Shown: positions 16,590 to 26,379 of the stretch, piece by piece
How the letters are laid out: every line of letters begins with the position of its first letter
Numbering within the stretch: the first letter of the stretch is position 1
Assembly (NCBI GenBank): GCA_038064435.1
Contig: JBBTTC010000001.1
Coordinates: 3,170-67,169, forward strand
Direction: 5' to 3'
DNA from: Patescibacteria group bacterium
Lineage (GTDB): Bacteria; Patescibacteriota; Minisyncoccia; Phycocordibacterales; JACOZG01
DNA: 64,000 nucleotides
Position numbers and translations under genes: made by a program
Notes under the pieces: generated by a model
Told to the model about the DNA's origin: nothing
Seen by the model: the letters and a program-made list of their open reading frames with translations, nothing else
The model's database searches: none

Positions 16590-17085
16590 TGGTGATGGTG
16601 CGCAGGGCGCGAGCTTGGTCAATAAATAATTTTCCATCAAGGTGATCAATCTCGTGTTGAAAGATCTGTGCCAGTAGACCGCTGGCGCTCCGTTCAAATC
16701 TATTGCCGTGTTCGTCTTGAGCGCTAATGGTGACGCGGGTGGAGCGCTTGATCAGGCCATACACCGAGCGAACGCTCAAACATCCTTCTTCCAGCTCACT
16801 TTTTTGTCGTGATTGACGTTTGATCGCTGGGTTGGCAAAAATCAGGTAATTCTCGGTGGTTTTGTTTTTGGGGGCATCAAAAGCCTTGGGCGAGACGATA
16901 AAGAGACGCTGATTAATCCCAATTTGCGGTGCGGCGAGAGCAATACCATCAGGGCAGGCGGCGAGGGTCGCTCTCATCTCATTTAGCAGATCACTAAAGG
17001 CCGTCGTGTTAAATTCTTTTTCGGTTAATACTCTAGACACTTGCCGTAGGCGCGGATCGTTGGTTTGGATAATGGTTGCTGGCAT
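16582..17085 (-). CDS. def: Peptide deformylase
   Basis: Motifs GIALAAPQIG, EGCLSV and HEIDHLDG. Confidence 0.9.
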   Translation of the reverse strand: MPATIIQTNDPRLRQVSRVLTEKEFNTTAFSDLLNEMRATLAACPDGIALAAPQIGINQRLFIVSPKAFDAPKNKTTENYLIFANPAIKRQSRQKSELEEGCLSVRSVYGLIKRSTRVTISAQDEHGNRFERSASGLLAQIFQHEIDHLDGKLFIDQARALRTITND

Positions 17086-17093
17086 TGGTGTTA

Positions 17094-18983
17094 TTATAAG
17101 ATACTTTCCGGATCGACATCCACTTCAAAATCTGGCGGGAGAGAACGGAGTTTGTTTAGTAAGTTGGGGTCAGGCCAGCGTCGTGGATCGAGTTTGAGTA
17201 GGACGTGACGGATGTGCTGGCCCTTAACCTCGGCGGTGAAGGCAGAATAAACCTCCGGTTCATAATCGGTTAGCCACTCGGCCAGTTGATGTGTTTCTGT
17301 TAAAACCGCGGCGCGCGCGCCGCGACGGGTGATCTTGATGAGCAGTTTGAATGGCGGGTAACCAAATTGCCGTCGCTCCACAATCTCGTCGCGGTAGAAG
17401 TCGAGCAGGTTGCCCTTGATCACGTGTTGGAAGATTGGCCGGTTGGGATCTTTGGTTTGAATAGCAAAGCGTTTACTGGCCAACGAGCGAATTTTTATCA
17501 TCAGGCCAAAACCCTTTTCGTTGATACGAAAATCGGGCAAAGTAAAAAGTGAATCAATGGCTAATACTACGCTATTCTCAATTTTCTCTTTCAAATAATA
17601 GAGAGCCTGTTCGGTGCCGAGGAGCAGTCCGCCGTTAGACGACAAAAATTTTTTAACAATTACTGTCGCCTGGCGGCTGTTTTTTACTGTGTCGCTATCG
17701 AGTCGGTATAACGGCCAATTGGGGTAGCTGGCGGCGAGGGCGGCCTCTACTCGCTCAAGGCCAATACCGAGCGCGTAGAGACGCCAACCTCGGCAGTGAC
17801 TACAGCGCTCGGTAACAGTCCGTGTGGCCCGACATTTATGACAGGCAAGAAAATAATCATCAACTTCGCCTTCGGTCTTGTGCCAAACTAGAGGTGAGGA
17901 ACAGCGAGCGCATAAAACAATGGTGCCGCAGTCTTGGCAGACGATAGTGGACGACAGGCCGCGCCGATGAACAAAAATAAAGGTGCGTTCGCCGTGGCCA
18001 ACAGCTTGTCCGAGGAGGTCATGCACCAAGGGGCTGATTGGCATGAATTCCACTTCACGCTTGTATTCCAATTCAACGATTTTTTGTTCGGCGTTGGAGA
18101 AAGAACGATGTTTGGGAGCGGAGGCCGGTGTGAGCTCGCCTTTCTCGGTGCGATAAACCGTTTCCGTGCGTAGGACGGTGTCACCGATCACCAAACGTAC
18201 GCCGAGCGCGCTGGCTAGTAATTCGGCAAATAATCGGTGGTCGATAAATGGGCGTGACAAACTTTTGTAGGCCGATGAATTTTCTTGGTCAATGATTATT
18301 AAACTTAAATCGGGTCGGGGGATAGATAAATAAGTTGGCGTGCCGAGTAGCAGGCAAGGATGCGCGGTGTGGGCGCCGGCTTGCCAATTGGTTAAGAGTT
18401 GTTTGCGCCCGAGTTTGGAATGGAGAACAAAAGTATAGTCCTCGATTCCTTTTTCCAGTTGGCTAGCGACCCTTTCCACTTCACCGCCGGTGGGCAGGCA
18501 CAGAAAAACTGAGTGATGTTTGGCAAATTCAGAGCGAATCAAATTTTTGTAAAAAGCTAGGCGCTCGGCTTCGGGTTCTTGCAGGGTGAGTTTTTCTGGT
18601 TGGGGTCCACTTGGCTTTGGCCCGCCCGGGCCACCATTTAGAGTTTGATGAGCATCTAAAATTGTTTGTGGTAGGAGTTGACGCAGGGTTGCGCCGAGCG
18701 GCGCGGCAAAGTAGTCGGCCGCCCTTCGGGCGGCCGCGAGAAAGGCAGGTTGAAGAAAGCCGGCAGTTTTAATCCGATCGATTTTCTTAAGCGCGTAGGG
18801 CGCACTTTTAATGGCGGCTTTGAACTGGCTGGCGGCCAGTGATTCGATTACCAAAGCTGGAATCTTTTTGCCGCGAACAGAAACGTTTACCATGGTTCCA
18901 GACTCGACCGAGTCCTGGGCAAAGTAAGACAATTCGTCTTTAAATACCCCGCGGGCAATGGGTATAACACGCACAATATTCAT
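17094..18983 (-). CDS. priA: Primosomal protein N' (PriA)
   Basis: N-terminal 3'-DNA-binding-like region, and Cys-rich zinc-binding insert CQDCG...CARCSSPLVWHK...CHKCRATR...CSHCRG typical of PriA. Confidence 0.75.
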   Translation of the reverse strand: MNIVRVIPIARGVFKDELSYFAQDSVESGTMVNVSVRGKKIPALVIESLAASQFKAAIKSAPYALKKIDRIKTAGFLQPAFLAAARRAADYFAAPLGATLRQLLPQTILDAHQTLNGGPGGPKPSGPQPEKLTLQEPEAERLAFYKNLIRSEFAKHHSVFLCLPTGGEVERVASQLEKGIEDYTFVLHSKLGRKQLLTNWQAGAHTAHPCLLLGTPTYLSIPRPDLSLIIIDQENSSAYKSLSRPFIDHRLFAELLASALGVRLVIGDTVLRTETVYRTEKGELTPASAPKHRSFSNAEQKIVELEYKREVEFMPISPLVHDLLGQAVGHGERTFIFVHRRGLSSTIVCQDCGTIVLCARCSSPLVWHKTEGEVDDYFLACHKCRATRTVTERCSHCRGWRLYALGIGLERVEAALAASYPNWPLYRLDSDTVKNSRQATVIVKKFLSSNGGLLLGTEQALYYLKEKIENSVVLAIDSLFTLPDFRINEKGFGLMIKIRSLASKRFAIQTKDPNRPIFQHVIKGNLLDFYRDEIVERRQFGYPPFKLLIKITRRGARAAVLTETHQLAEWLTDYEPEVYSAFTAEVKGQHIRHVLLKLDPRRWPDPNLLNKLRSLPPDFEVDVDPESIL

Positions 18984-19037
18984 TATTTAGAACATAACAC
19001 ATTTACCTGTTTTAACCACGATGCTAATATTTGTAGA

Positions 19038-19850
19038 GTGATCAGTGAGAAATACATCTCAGTAGCGGCGGCCAGCGCCGCTTCCGGTATTGCCGAGGAG
19101 TCTCTGCGTCGCGCCGCCCGTCAGGGAAAAATTAAAGCTCGAGAGATTGGGCGTGACTGGCTGGTGGAAACAAGCCAGCTGGTTAACTTGGCCGCCGCTT
19201 GGGCATTAACTCGGCCGCCGTCAGCTTTGGTGCCAGCCACGGTGGCCTTGCTGCGGCCCTTAATTTTGGCAGTTGTCGTTTTGGCTATGGTTTTTGGTTG
19301 GCGCTGGACCACGGTTCGTTTCACTTCAGGTTCATTTGTCATTAGTGATCCGGCGGCGACCGTGGTGGCGGGTCGGCTAGTGCCGGCTTTTGACGAGGTG
19401 CGTGACGATTTAGAAAAACTCTTTGACTGGGCGCACTGGGTTTTATTACGAGTGGGGGATCGATTGTTTTATTATCGTTTGCGTATCACCGAGAGTTGGC
19501 GTGGGTTTTTTGCCGACTCAACGCTCGATTCGTCTCCAGTTACCGGTAGTTCCTCAATTATTGTTACTCCCGACGATTTGTTAAAAATAAAAGATGAATT
19601 ACGAAGTGAATTATTGAACGATTGGTTGGCGGTGCCGCAAACTGGCCGGGTACAAAATGGCGTGGTGGTATTACCGTCCACTGGCAATGCGCAACTTGAT
19701 GGTGATTTAACATCGCGTTTGGTTGATTTGTTTTCTGATCCGGTGGACGTTAAACTCGATGCTAGTGGTCGGGCGGGCATCATCACGCCGCGTTTCCAAA
19801 CAGCCACGACCAGTAATTTTCTTTTTTTACTCGCGCCAGTTAAAAATTAG
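19038..19850 (+). CDS. Membrane protein with N-terminal excisionase/MerR-like helix-turn-helix (GTG start)
   Basis: YISVAAASAASGIAEESLRRAARQGKIKAREIGRDWLVETSQL resembles HTH_17 (xis-type HTH). TM LLRPLILAVVVLAMVFGW. The remainder is unknown. Confidence 0.45.
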   Translation: MISEKYISVAAASAASGIAEESLRRAARQGKIKAREIGRDWLVETSQLVNLAAAWALTRPPSALVPATVALLRPLILAVVVLAMVFGWRWTTVRFTSGSFVISDPAATVVAGRLVPAFDEVRDDLEKLFDWAHWVLLRVGDRLFYYRLRITESWRGFFADSTLDSSPVTGSSSIIVTPDDLLKIKDELRSELLNDWLAVPQTGRVQNGVVVLPSTGNAQLDGDLTSRLVDLFSDPVDVKLDASGRAGIITPRFQTATTSNFLFLLAPVKN

Positions 19851-19852
19851 TC

Positions 19853-20668
19853 ATGATTAATCGTTTAGCCATTTCTCCGGCTAAGATAGAGGTGGAGGTA
19901 GCGCCCGGTGCCCAAACCACGGTGCCGATTTTTTTACTCAACCCGTCGGCCGAGCCCGTAACGGTGCGTGTTTCGGCCGAGGACGTGGTGGGCGGCACGT
20001 CCGCTGCGGCGGATGGAGAGGTAATTAAATTGTTGGCCACCGACGGCAGCCCATACTCGCTTAAAAGTTATTTAAGTTTTTCCACCCGGGAAGTTAGTCT
20101 CGCGCCCGGTGAGCAAGTGGCCCTACCGGTCACCGTGAGTTTGCCGGCCGGCGCGCCGGCCGGTGGTTTGTACGGGGCCGTGCTTTTTAGTTTTGGTGCC
20201 CCGACCGGCGGGGCGCCGGCGCAAGTTGTGAATCGGTTGGCCAGTTTATTTTTTGTTCGTACCGGCGTGGCCACGGCGCCGAATAGTGAGCTAATTGGTT
20301 TTAAATTAATCACCCGCGAGCCGCTAGCTTTCGCCTTGACAGTTGAAAATAGCGGGAACATTTATCTCAATCCTTACGGTCTCATTACCATCACCAATCG
20401 TCTCACTGGCCGTGAGCGCTTCGTTAAGCTCGATCCGTGGTTTGTTTTGCCCGGGGCCACACGCTTCCGCGAGGTCACAGGACTCGAATTACCGCTTGGT
20501 TTTTACCACGCCACGGCCGAAGTCAATCGCGGTTACGAAGATATTATCGACACTCGGTCAATAAATTTTTACCTATTACCAGCGACTTCGACTTTGGTCT
20601 TGGCTGGGCTAGCACTAATTTGTTTGAGCGTTTTCATTATTGTTTGGCTAAAGAAACGGCGGGTGTGA
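19853..20668 (+). CDS. Hypothetical cell-surface protein with C-terminal TM anchor plus KKRR tail (DUF916/DUF3324-like architecture)
   Basis: Beta-rich N-terminal region. C-terminal LVLAGLALICLSVFIIVWLKKRRV. It follows the HTH-membrane gene with a 2-nt gap. Confidence 0.35.
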   Translation: MINRLAISPAKIEVEVAPGAQTTVPIFLLNPSAEPVTVRVSAEDVVGGTSAAADGEVIKLLATDGSPYSLKSYLSFSTREVSLAPGEQVALPVTVSLPAGAPAGGLYGAVLFSFGAPTGGAPAQVVNRLASLFFVRTGVATAPNSELIGFKLITREPLAFALTVENSGNIYLNPYGLITITNRLTGRERFVKLDPWFVLPGATRFREVTGLELPLGFYHATAEVNRGYEDIIDTRSINFYLLPATSTLVLAGLALICLSVFIIVWLKKRRV

Positions 20669-20681
20669 TAGCATAAAACAC

Positions 20682-22493
20682 ATGAAGTCCGGGGAAATTC
20701 GGCGGCGGTTTGTGGAATTTTTTAAACAGCGCGGGCACGCGGTTTTGCCATCGGCTTCGCTCGTGCCGGCGGGTGATCCGTCGGTACTTTTCACCACGGC
20801 CGGTATGCAACCTCTGGCGCCATACTTGCTCGGCGCGCCGCATCCGCTTGGCCGCCGGCTGGTTAATATTCAGAAGTGTGTCCGGACGCAAGATATTGCT
20901 GAAGTCGGCGATGCCACGCACGATACTTTTTTTGAAATGTTGGGCAATTGGTCGCTCGGGGATTATTTTAAAGAGGAGGCGATTAAGTGGAGTTATGAAC
21001 TACTGACCTCGGCCATCGAAGGTTTTGGCCTCGAGCCGGTGCGCCTCTACGTAACGGTTTTTGCCGGCGACGAAGTAGCGCCGCGCGATGAGGAGTCGGT
21101 GCGTTTGTGGCAAGAGTTAGGAATTCCCGCCCAGCGCATTTACTACCTCGGCGCGAAGGACAATTGGTGGCCCGCCTTCGCCAAGGCTACGGCGGGCAAG
21201 CCCTCCCGCGATACTAACTGGACATGGTCGGGGCCGACGGGGCCGGATACGGAAATGTTTTATGATGTCACACCCGCTGGCTTGGGCGATTTATCTCACG
21301 ATGAGTTTGTGCGGGCCAGCGATGAGCAAAAATTGGTGGAAATTTGGAATGACGTTTTTATGGCTTACGAAGCGCGTGATGGGAAAATTGTTGGGCCGCT
21401 GAAAAATAAAAATGTTGACACCGGCGCCGGCCTCGAGCGTTTGGCCATGGTGTTACAAAAAAAAGATAATATCTTTGCCACCGATTTGTTTGTCGATTTG
21501 CTGGCGGTTTTGCCCGCGGCCAATTTGCGTTCCTCGCGGATCATGGCGGATCACTTGCGGACAGCCGCTTTTCTTATTGCCGACGGTGTGCGTCCGTCCA
21601 ACACCGAGCGTGGTTACGTGTTGCGGCGACTGCTGCGACGGGCGATTTTTCATCATCCCGAGCGCTCATTTACTGTTGAGCAAGTGGCCGCGGCCGCGGG
21701 TGCGATCGTCAATCAATATGCCGAGGTTTATCCTGAAGTTAACGATGCGCCACTGATTAAACAAATTATTGTTGATGAGGGACAAAAGTTTACCCATACA
21801 CTCAAACAAGGTTTGGCGGAATTTAATCGACTGGCGGTGGTTGGGTCAATCAGCGCTCACGACGCCTTCGTTCTTTTTACTAGTTACGGTTTTCCGCTCG
21901 AGCTCACAATGGAATTGGCTAGCGAGCGGGGAGTGGCGATTGAACAGGCTGGTTTGACGGAGGAATTTGCTCGTCATCAGGCTCTGTCGCGCGTCGGCGC
22001 GGGGCCAAAGTTTAAGGGCGGCTTGGCTGATGATTCTCCAGCCACGGTTAGGTTGCACACGGCTCACCACCTACTTTTAGCCGCTTTGCAAAAAGTGTTG
22101 GGTCCGGAAGTTAAGCAACGTGGTTCTAATATTACCGCCGAACGCCTGCGACTCGATTTTACCTTTGCTCGTAAATTAACGGCTGAAGAATTGTTGACGA
22201 TAGAAAAAATGGTTAATGAACATATTGCCGCTGATTGGCCAGTGACGCGGCGCGATCTGCCGCGGGTCGAGGCGGAGAAGCTGGGCGCCGAACATGAGTT
22301 CGGCGCCAAATACGGCGAAGTTGTTTCGGTGTATTTTATCGGCTCAGATGATGCGCCAGTGTCAAAAGAATTTTGCGGCGGGCCGCACGCGGCCCGCACC
22401 GGCGAGCTCGGCCACTTTAAAATTTTGAAAGAAGAAGCCGTTGCCGCCGGCATTCGCCGGATTAAGGCTACTCTTGACAATCACCCCAAATAG
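20682..22493 (+). CDS. alaS: Alanyl-tRNA synthetase, short form (catalytic plus editing domain, no C-Ala domain)
   Basis: SGEIRRRFVEFFKQRGH, FTTAGM, HDTFFEMLGNWSLGDYFK. Editing-domain zinc motifs HTAHHLL and CGGPHAARTGELG. Total 603 aa. Confidence 0.9.
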   Translation: MKSGEIRRRFVEFFKQRGHAVLPSASLVPAGDPSVLFTTAGMQPLAPYLLGAPHPLGRRLVNIQKCVRTQDIAEVGDATHDTFFEMLGNWSLGDYFKEEAIKWSYELLTSAIEGFGLEPVRLYVTVFAGDEVAPRDEESVRLWQELGIPAQRIYYLGAKDNWWPAFAKATAGKPSRDTNWTWSGPTGPDTEMFYDVTPAGLGDLSHDEFVRASDEQKLVEIWNDVFMAYEARDGKIVGPLKNKNVDTGAGLERLAMVLQKKDNIFATDLFVDLLAVLPAANLRSSRIMADHLRTAAFLIADGVRPSNTERGYVLRRLLRRAIFHHPERSFTVEQVAAAAGAIVNQYAEVYPEVNDAPLIKQIIVDEGQKFTHTLKQGLAEFNRLAVVGSISAHDAFVLFTSYGFPLELTMELASERGVAIEQAGLTEEFARHQALSRVGAGPKFKGGLADDSPATVRLHTAHHLLLAALQKVLGPEVKQRGSNITAERLRLDFTFARKLTAEELLTIEKMVNEHIAADWPVTRRDLPRVEAEKLGAEHEFGAKYGEVVSVYFIGSDDAPVSKEFCGGPHAARTGELGHFKILKEEAVAAGIRRIKATLDNHPK

Positions 22494-22563
22494 GTATATA
22501 CTAGAGAGAGTAAAAAGAGTACTTCGAAATATAAAGTTCACTTTTACCGAAAGGAGACTAAGT

Positions 22564-23082
22564 GTGGTTAAGGAAAAGAAGATTCTCGCCCCACCCCTAG
22601 GTGGCCGCGTTCACATAGTTCGCGTGCCAGTTATTCAAGATCTCGACTGGCAGGAGGCCATCAACCGAGCCGGCCCCGACACTGAAGATGTTTGCATTGT
22701 TCGAGACATAGACCACCTATACTTACCCACCGGCACCAGCATCAAAGACGAGGAGATCATTCTTCTCAACTTTGGCCCAGGCGGTGGTAGCTGGGGTCGA
22801 GCTCTAAAATGGAGTCAGATCAATAATCTTGACCGGACCAATCCCCGCCAAGTGTTCGCCATTGGGCAGCACTGTCCCCACCTTAACCACGAACTTGGCT
22901 TCAATTTCATGTACATCGTGGCCACCATCAGATGTACCTTTGGTGGTGAACCTATGGCTGTCTTTCTTCGGTGGGCTGACCTCGAGCGTGAGGTGGGTGA
23001 TGATTGGCTCGGCGACTTCTGGGAGAGTCATGTTTGGTTTGCTTTCTGTTGCCCGGTCGCCTCGCCCAGCCTCAACGCCTAG
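22564..23082 (+). CDS. Hypothetical protein (GTG start after RBS AAAGGAGA)
   Basis: RBS aaaggagactaagtGTG. No recognisable motif apart from the Cys/His-containing segment GQHCPHLNHELGFNF. Lower-GC region. Confidence 0.4.
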   Translation: MVKEKKILAPPLGGRVHIVRVPVIQDLDWQEAINRAGPDTEDVCIVRDIDHLYLPTGTSIKDEEIILLNFGPGGGSWGRALKWSQINNLDRTNPRQVFAIGQHCPHLNHELGFNFMYIVATIRCTFGGEPMAVFLRWADLEREVGDDWLGDFWESHVWFAFCCPVASPSLNA

Positions 23083-23109
23083 ATAATGTTGGATGTTCTT
23101 TTCTCTCGA

Positions 23110-23143
23110 CCCCGTTCGCCGCGGCGAACGGGGTTTTGTTTTT
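23110..23143 (+). terminator. Rho-independent terminator
   Basis: ccccgttcgcc gc ggcgaacgggg followed by ttttgttttt. Confidence 0.7.
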
Positions 23144-23245
23144 GCTAAAATTGGAAATTAAGCCACTCTTGACTAATTAAGCATAAGTATGCTAGCTTAC
23201 GAGCAGAGTTTACCGACAGAACATTAACTTTTTCAGGAGATAGCG

Positions 23246-23794
23246 ATGGGAAAAACAAAGCCGAAGGTCACCAAGTCCAGCTTTTTGGTTGTCCCGATTT
23301 ACCGGAAGGTGGCCAAAAAGAAGCTCTTGGTACTGGATGACATTTTTATAATGTCTAACGAGAACGGGGTGATCGAGGAAAATGACGAGCCGGAGGTTGT
23401 TGTAGCCCACCTAGAGCCATTTTTAAGAGAATGGCGGGATGCTGTTCATGTGGTTAATTCGGTAGGCCAATTGATGGACGTTGATTTTCAGGTGGGAAAT
23501 CGGTTTGGTGTTGGTTTTTACATTATCAAACAGACCGGAAAACAGGCTACTTTCGAAGCAATTCGTGATGCGGTCTCCGTAATGGACCCCGGTTCGAGCC
23601 CCTGTCTCGATGATGCATTTGCGGCCATCAGTGAATTGTCGGTGCATCTTGCGAACATGTATTTGGATACTGGCACTGGTTATGATTATAGTCGTGATTA
23701 CGGCAATGATGTGATTTTGAATCTGATTGGCAAGTTCGCTGTCGAGATTGCCAAGCTCGGCATCCCGACCACGATCGAGTTGAAGTCGAAGTAG
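23246..23794 (+). CDS. Hypothetical protein
   Basis: RBS caggagatagcgATG. 182 aa with no recognisable family. Confidence 0.4.
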   Translation: MGKTKPKVTKSSFLVVPIYRKVAKKKLLVLDDIFIMSNENGVIEENDEPEVVVAHLEPFLREWRDAVHVVNSVGQLMDVDFQVGNRFGVGFYIIKQTGKQATFEAIRDAVSVMDPGSSPCLDDAFAAISELSVHLANMYLDTGTGYDYSRDYGNDVILNLIGKFAVEIAKLGIPTTIELKSK

Positions 23795-23809
23795 GCCTTG
23801 GGGAAGGTT

Positions 23810-23849
23810 ATCGCGGTTATCCATACTCATGGGTAGCCGCGATTTTTTT
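23810..23849 (+). terminator. Rho-independent terminator
   Basis: atcgcgg...ccgcgat stem followed by ttttttt at 23843-23849. Confidence 0.5.
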
Positions 23850-23871
23850 GTGGCGTGATATAATTTTTCTG

Positions 23872-25023
23872 ATGTCCAAGAGTTGCGTGATTGTTGATGT
23901 CGGCAATGACGGTGTGAGTGGTGCGGTGGTTAATTTATCCACTGGCAAAGATTGTGCGCAGTTTCTATCCACCGTGCATGAGCCCGTTCCGAGCCGCGAT
24001 AACTTTGAACTCAAACGTTTTCTCGACGACGTTTTTTCTGCTTTCAAAACAGTGATCAACCGCTTGGGCACACCCTCCAGTCGCTTGGTTATTTTTTTGG
24101 CTTCACCTTTTTACGCTTCGCAAACCCGCATCATTAGATGGCAAAAGGCGGCGCCAATAAATATTAGTCGCAGTTTGGTTAACCAGTTGGTGGGTGAAGA
24201 TCGTGAGCGTTTTCGTCAAGCCGAGCCGCGCCTCTATACCGAGATCATCAATGATCGGCACGAAATTGTGGACGGAAAAATTATGCAGATTAAACTCAAT
24301 CGTTATGCTACCGCCAATCCTTATGGTCAGAAGGCCAGCGAGATCGAGATCGACAATTACATCAGTATTGGTTCGACCAAAATTTTAGATCGCTTGCGGC
24401 AGATTGCCCAACCACTTTGGCATCGCCACCGTCTCGAATTTCACTCTTCGTCATTTGTTTTTTTTAATCTCTTTCGCGACTGGTGGCACGATGTGCCTCG
24501 GGCTCTGCTCCTTAATATTGGTGGCGAAGTAACGGAACTTTCCTTAGTAACCGACGGCGTGTTGGCCGAAACAGTATCTTATCCTCTCGGCCGCAATTCT
24601 TTTTTTCGTCAGTTAACTGCACGGTTGGGCACAATTTTGGCCGAGGCCGAATCGTTAATGAAGATGTATGTTACCACCGACCAGCATGAAGCGGCCGCCG
24701 GTAAGGTCGAAGCGGTGCTTGGCGAGATACGAGTGGAGTGGTTGGCCGCTTTCCGTGAGTTACTTAGAGCCATAAGTGATAATCATTTTCTAGCTGACCG
24801 CATTTTCCTTTTGGCCGATCCGGTTTTGGCACCAGTGTTGGCCAGCTGGATCAAAGAATCTAATTTTAGTAACTTAGTGATGATGAACCGCCCGTCATTT
24901 GAGGTCATAATGTTTTACGATCAGGCTTGGCGCAAACTTTGTCGTCACGGGGAAAAAATTATCCCCGGCCACTACTTGCTGATGGACGCTTTGTTTTGTG
25001 ATAAAATATCTAAAGTTGTGTGA
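23872..25023 (+). CDS. Actin-like ATPase-fold protein (PilM/FtsA-like), hypothetical
   Basis: N-terminal CVIVDVGNDGVSGAVVNL (phosphate-1-like) and LLNIGGEVTELSLVTDGVL (phosphate-2/DIGGGTT-like). An extended -10 tgatataat at 23856-23864 sits right before the ATG, suggesting a leaderless mRNA. Confidence 0.4.
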   Translation: MSKSCVIVDVGNDGVSGAVVNLSTGKDCAQFLSTVHEPVPSRDNFELKRFLDDVFSAFKTVINRLGTPSSRLVIFLASPFYASQTRIIRWQKAAPINISRSLVNQLVGEDRERFRQAEPRLYTEIINDRHEIVDGKIMQIKLNRYATANPYGQKASEIEIDNYISIGSTKILDRLRQIAQPLWHRHRLEFHSSSFVFFNLFRDWWHDVPRALLLNIGGEVTELSLVTDGVLAETVSYPLGRNSFFRQLTARLGTILAEAESLMKMYVTTDQHEAAAGKVEAVLGEIRVEWLAAFRELLRAISDNHFLADRIFLLADPVLAPVLASWIKESNFSNLVMMNRPSFEVIMFYDQAWRKLCRHGEKIIPGHYLLMDALFCDKISKVV

Positions 25024-26345
25024 TGGCTATGCGACCCATAATTCAAGATATTAAGCGACCCCGCAAAACTCTGCGGGAAGTTTTGCCCAAGGAGGAATTA
25101 CACCGACCGCCAGAGGTGAAAAATATTAATGTTGTTTCCGAGACAACTTTACCGCCCACACTTCCACCACTATCTCGGTCGCGCCGCGGCGGCCGGTCGC
25201 ACCGTGGCTGGCTTTGGCTTTTGGTGGTGGTGGTTTTGGCGATAGCGGGCTTAGTTTTTGGCTGGGAGGGCAAAGTTTCAATCGTAGTTACTCCCAAACA
25301 GGAAGAGTTTCGTTTGGTCGAGATGCCTATTACGGTTCAACGCACGGCTGAAGAGGGGGCGCCGATTTTTCGTTTGGTTAATCTAGAAATGACCGATAGC
25401 AAAATTTTGCCGTCGGCTGGGCGCGAGCAAGTTAGTCGTAAAGCCAGTGGCCGAGTGATTATTTACAATCGCTACAATCAAAGTTCTCAACGACTTATCA
25501 AAACTACCCGCCTCGAAGCTACCAACGGCAAGATTTATCGGATAGACGAAGCGGTGATCGTCCCCGGGCAAAAGGTTGTTGATGGCAAGTTGGTGGATGG
25601 CCAGGTGGAGGTGATGGTTTACGCTGATGCGCCGGGAGAGGAATACAACCAGCCAGCGACCGATTTTACGATTCCCGGTTTTCGTGGCACACCTCAATAT
25701 AGTAAATTTACGGCCAAGTCCCAAGGGCCATTATCTGGTGGTGCGCTGGGTGAATGGCAAGTGGTAACAGACAATGATCGCCAGGCCGGTGAGGCAGAAC
25801 TATCGACCAATCTACGGACTAAGCTAATCAGCGGTGTCGCCGCGCAGGTGCCACCAGAGTTTGCTTTTTATGAACCACTGACGCAATTTTCTTTTGAAGA
25901 AATCGAGCGTCCGGCAACAAATAATTCAACTTATGAATTGGCCATGCGCGGGCAACTAACGGCAGTAATACTAGACAAGGCCTCCGTTGGCCGAGCGCTG
26001 GTGACCAAGGGTTTACCTAAGTCACTGGACTACAGTCCGACCGTTACTAATTGGTCTAATTTGGCGGTGACTATCTCATCGGCTGATTTAAAATCTTTAC
26101 CAGATACCAACAAATTAACGATTAATTTTAGTGGTGTGGCTCAAGCTTATTGGCAGATCAGTGAGAGCGAGATCATTAATAGTTTGATGGGCGCGCGAAA
26201 AAATTCTTACAGTAATATTTTAGCTAGTTTTCCAGCCATTAGTGGGGCTGAAGCGCGTTTTAGTGTACCGTGGATGAATCGTTTCCCAGATCGTTCAGAA
26301 CAGTACGATATTGAGATTAACTTGACCGACGATGATGACATTTGA
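25020..26345 (+). CDS. Hypothetical bitopic membrane protein (one TM near residue 70, large extracytoplasmic domain)
   Basis: TM WLWLLVVVVLAIAGLVFGW. Overlaps the preceding actin-like gene by 4 nt, so the two are likely cotranscribed. Confidence 0.4.
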   Translation: MMAMRPIIQDIKRPRKTLREVLPKEELHRPPEVKNINVVSETTLPPTLPPLSRSRRGGRSHRGWLWLLVVVVLAIAGLVFGWEGKVSIVVTPKQEEFRLVEMPITVQRTAEEGAPIFRLVNLEMTDSKILPSAGREQVSRKASGRVIIYNRYNQSSQRLIKTTRLEATNGKIYRIDEAVIVPGQKVVDGKLVDGQVEVMVYADAPGEEYNQPATDFTIPGFRGTPQYSKFTAKSQGPLSGGALGEWQVVTDNDRQAGEAELSTNLRTKLISGVAAQVPPEFAFYEPLTQFSFEEIERPATNNSTYELAMRGQLTAVILDKASVGRALVTKGLPKSLDYSPTVTNWSNLAVTISSADLKSLPDTNKLTINFSGVAQAYWQISESEIINSLMGARKNSYSNILASFPAISGAEARFSVPWMNRFPDRSEQYDIEINLTDDDDI

Positions 26346-26379
26346 TAGTATGGTCCCAGCCATAATTTTAGGTTAATTA

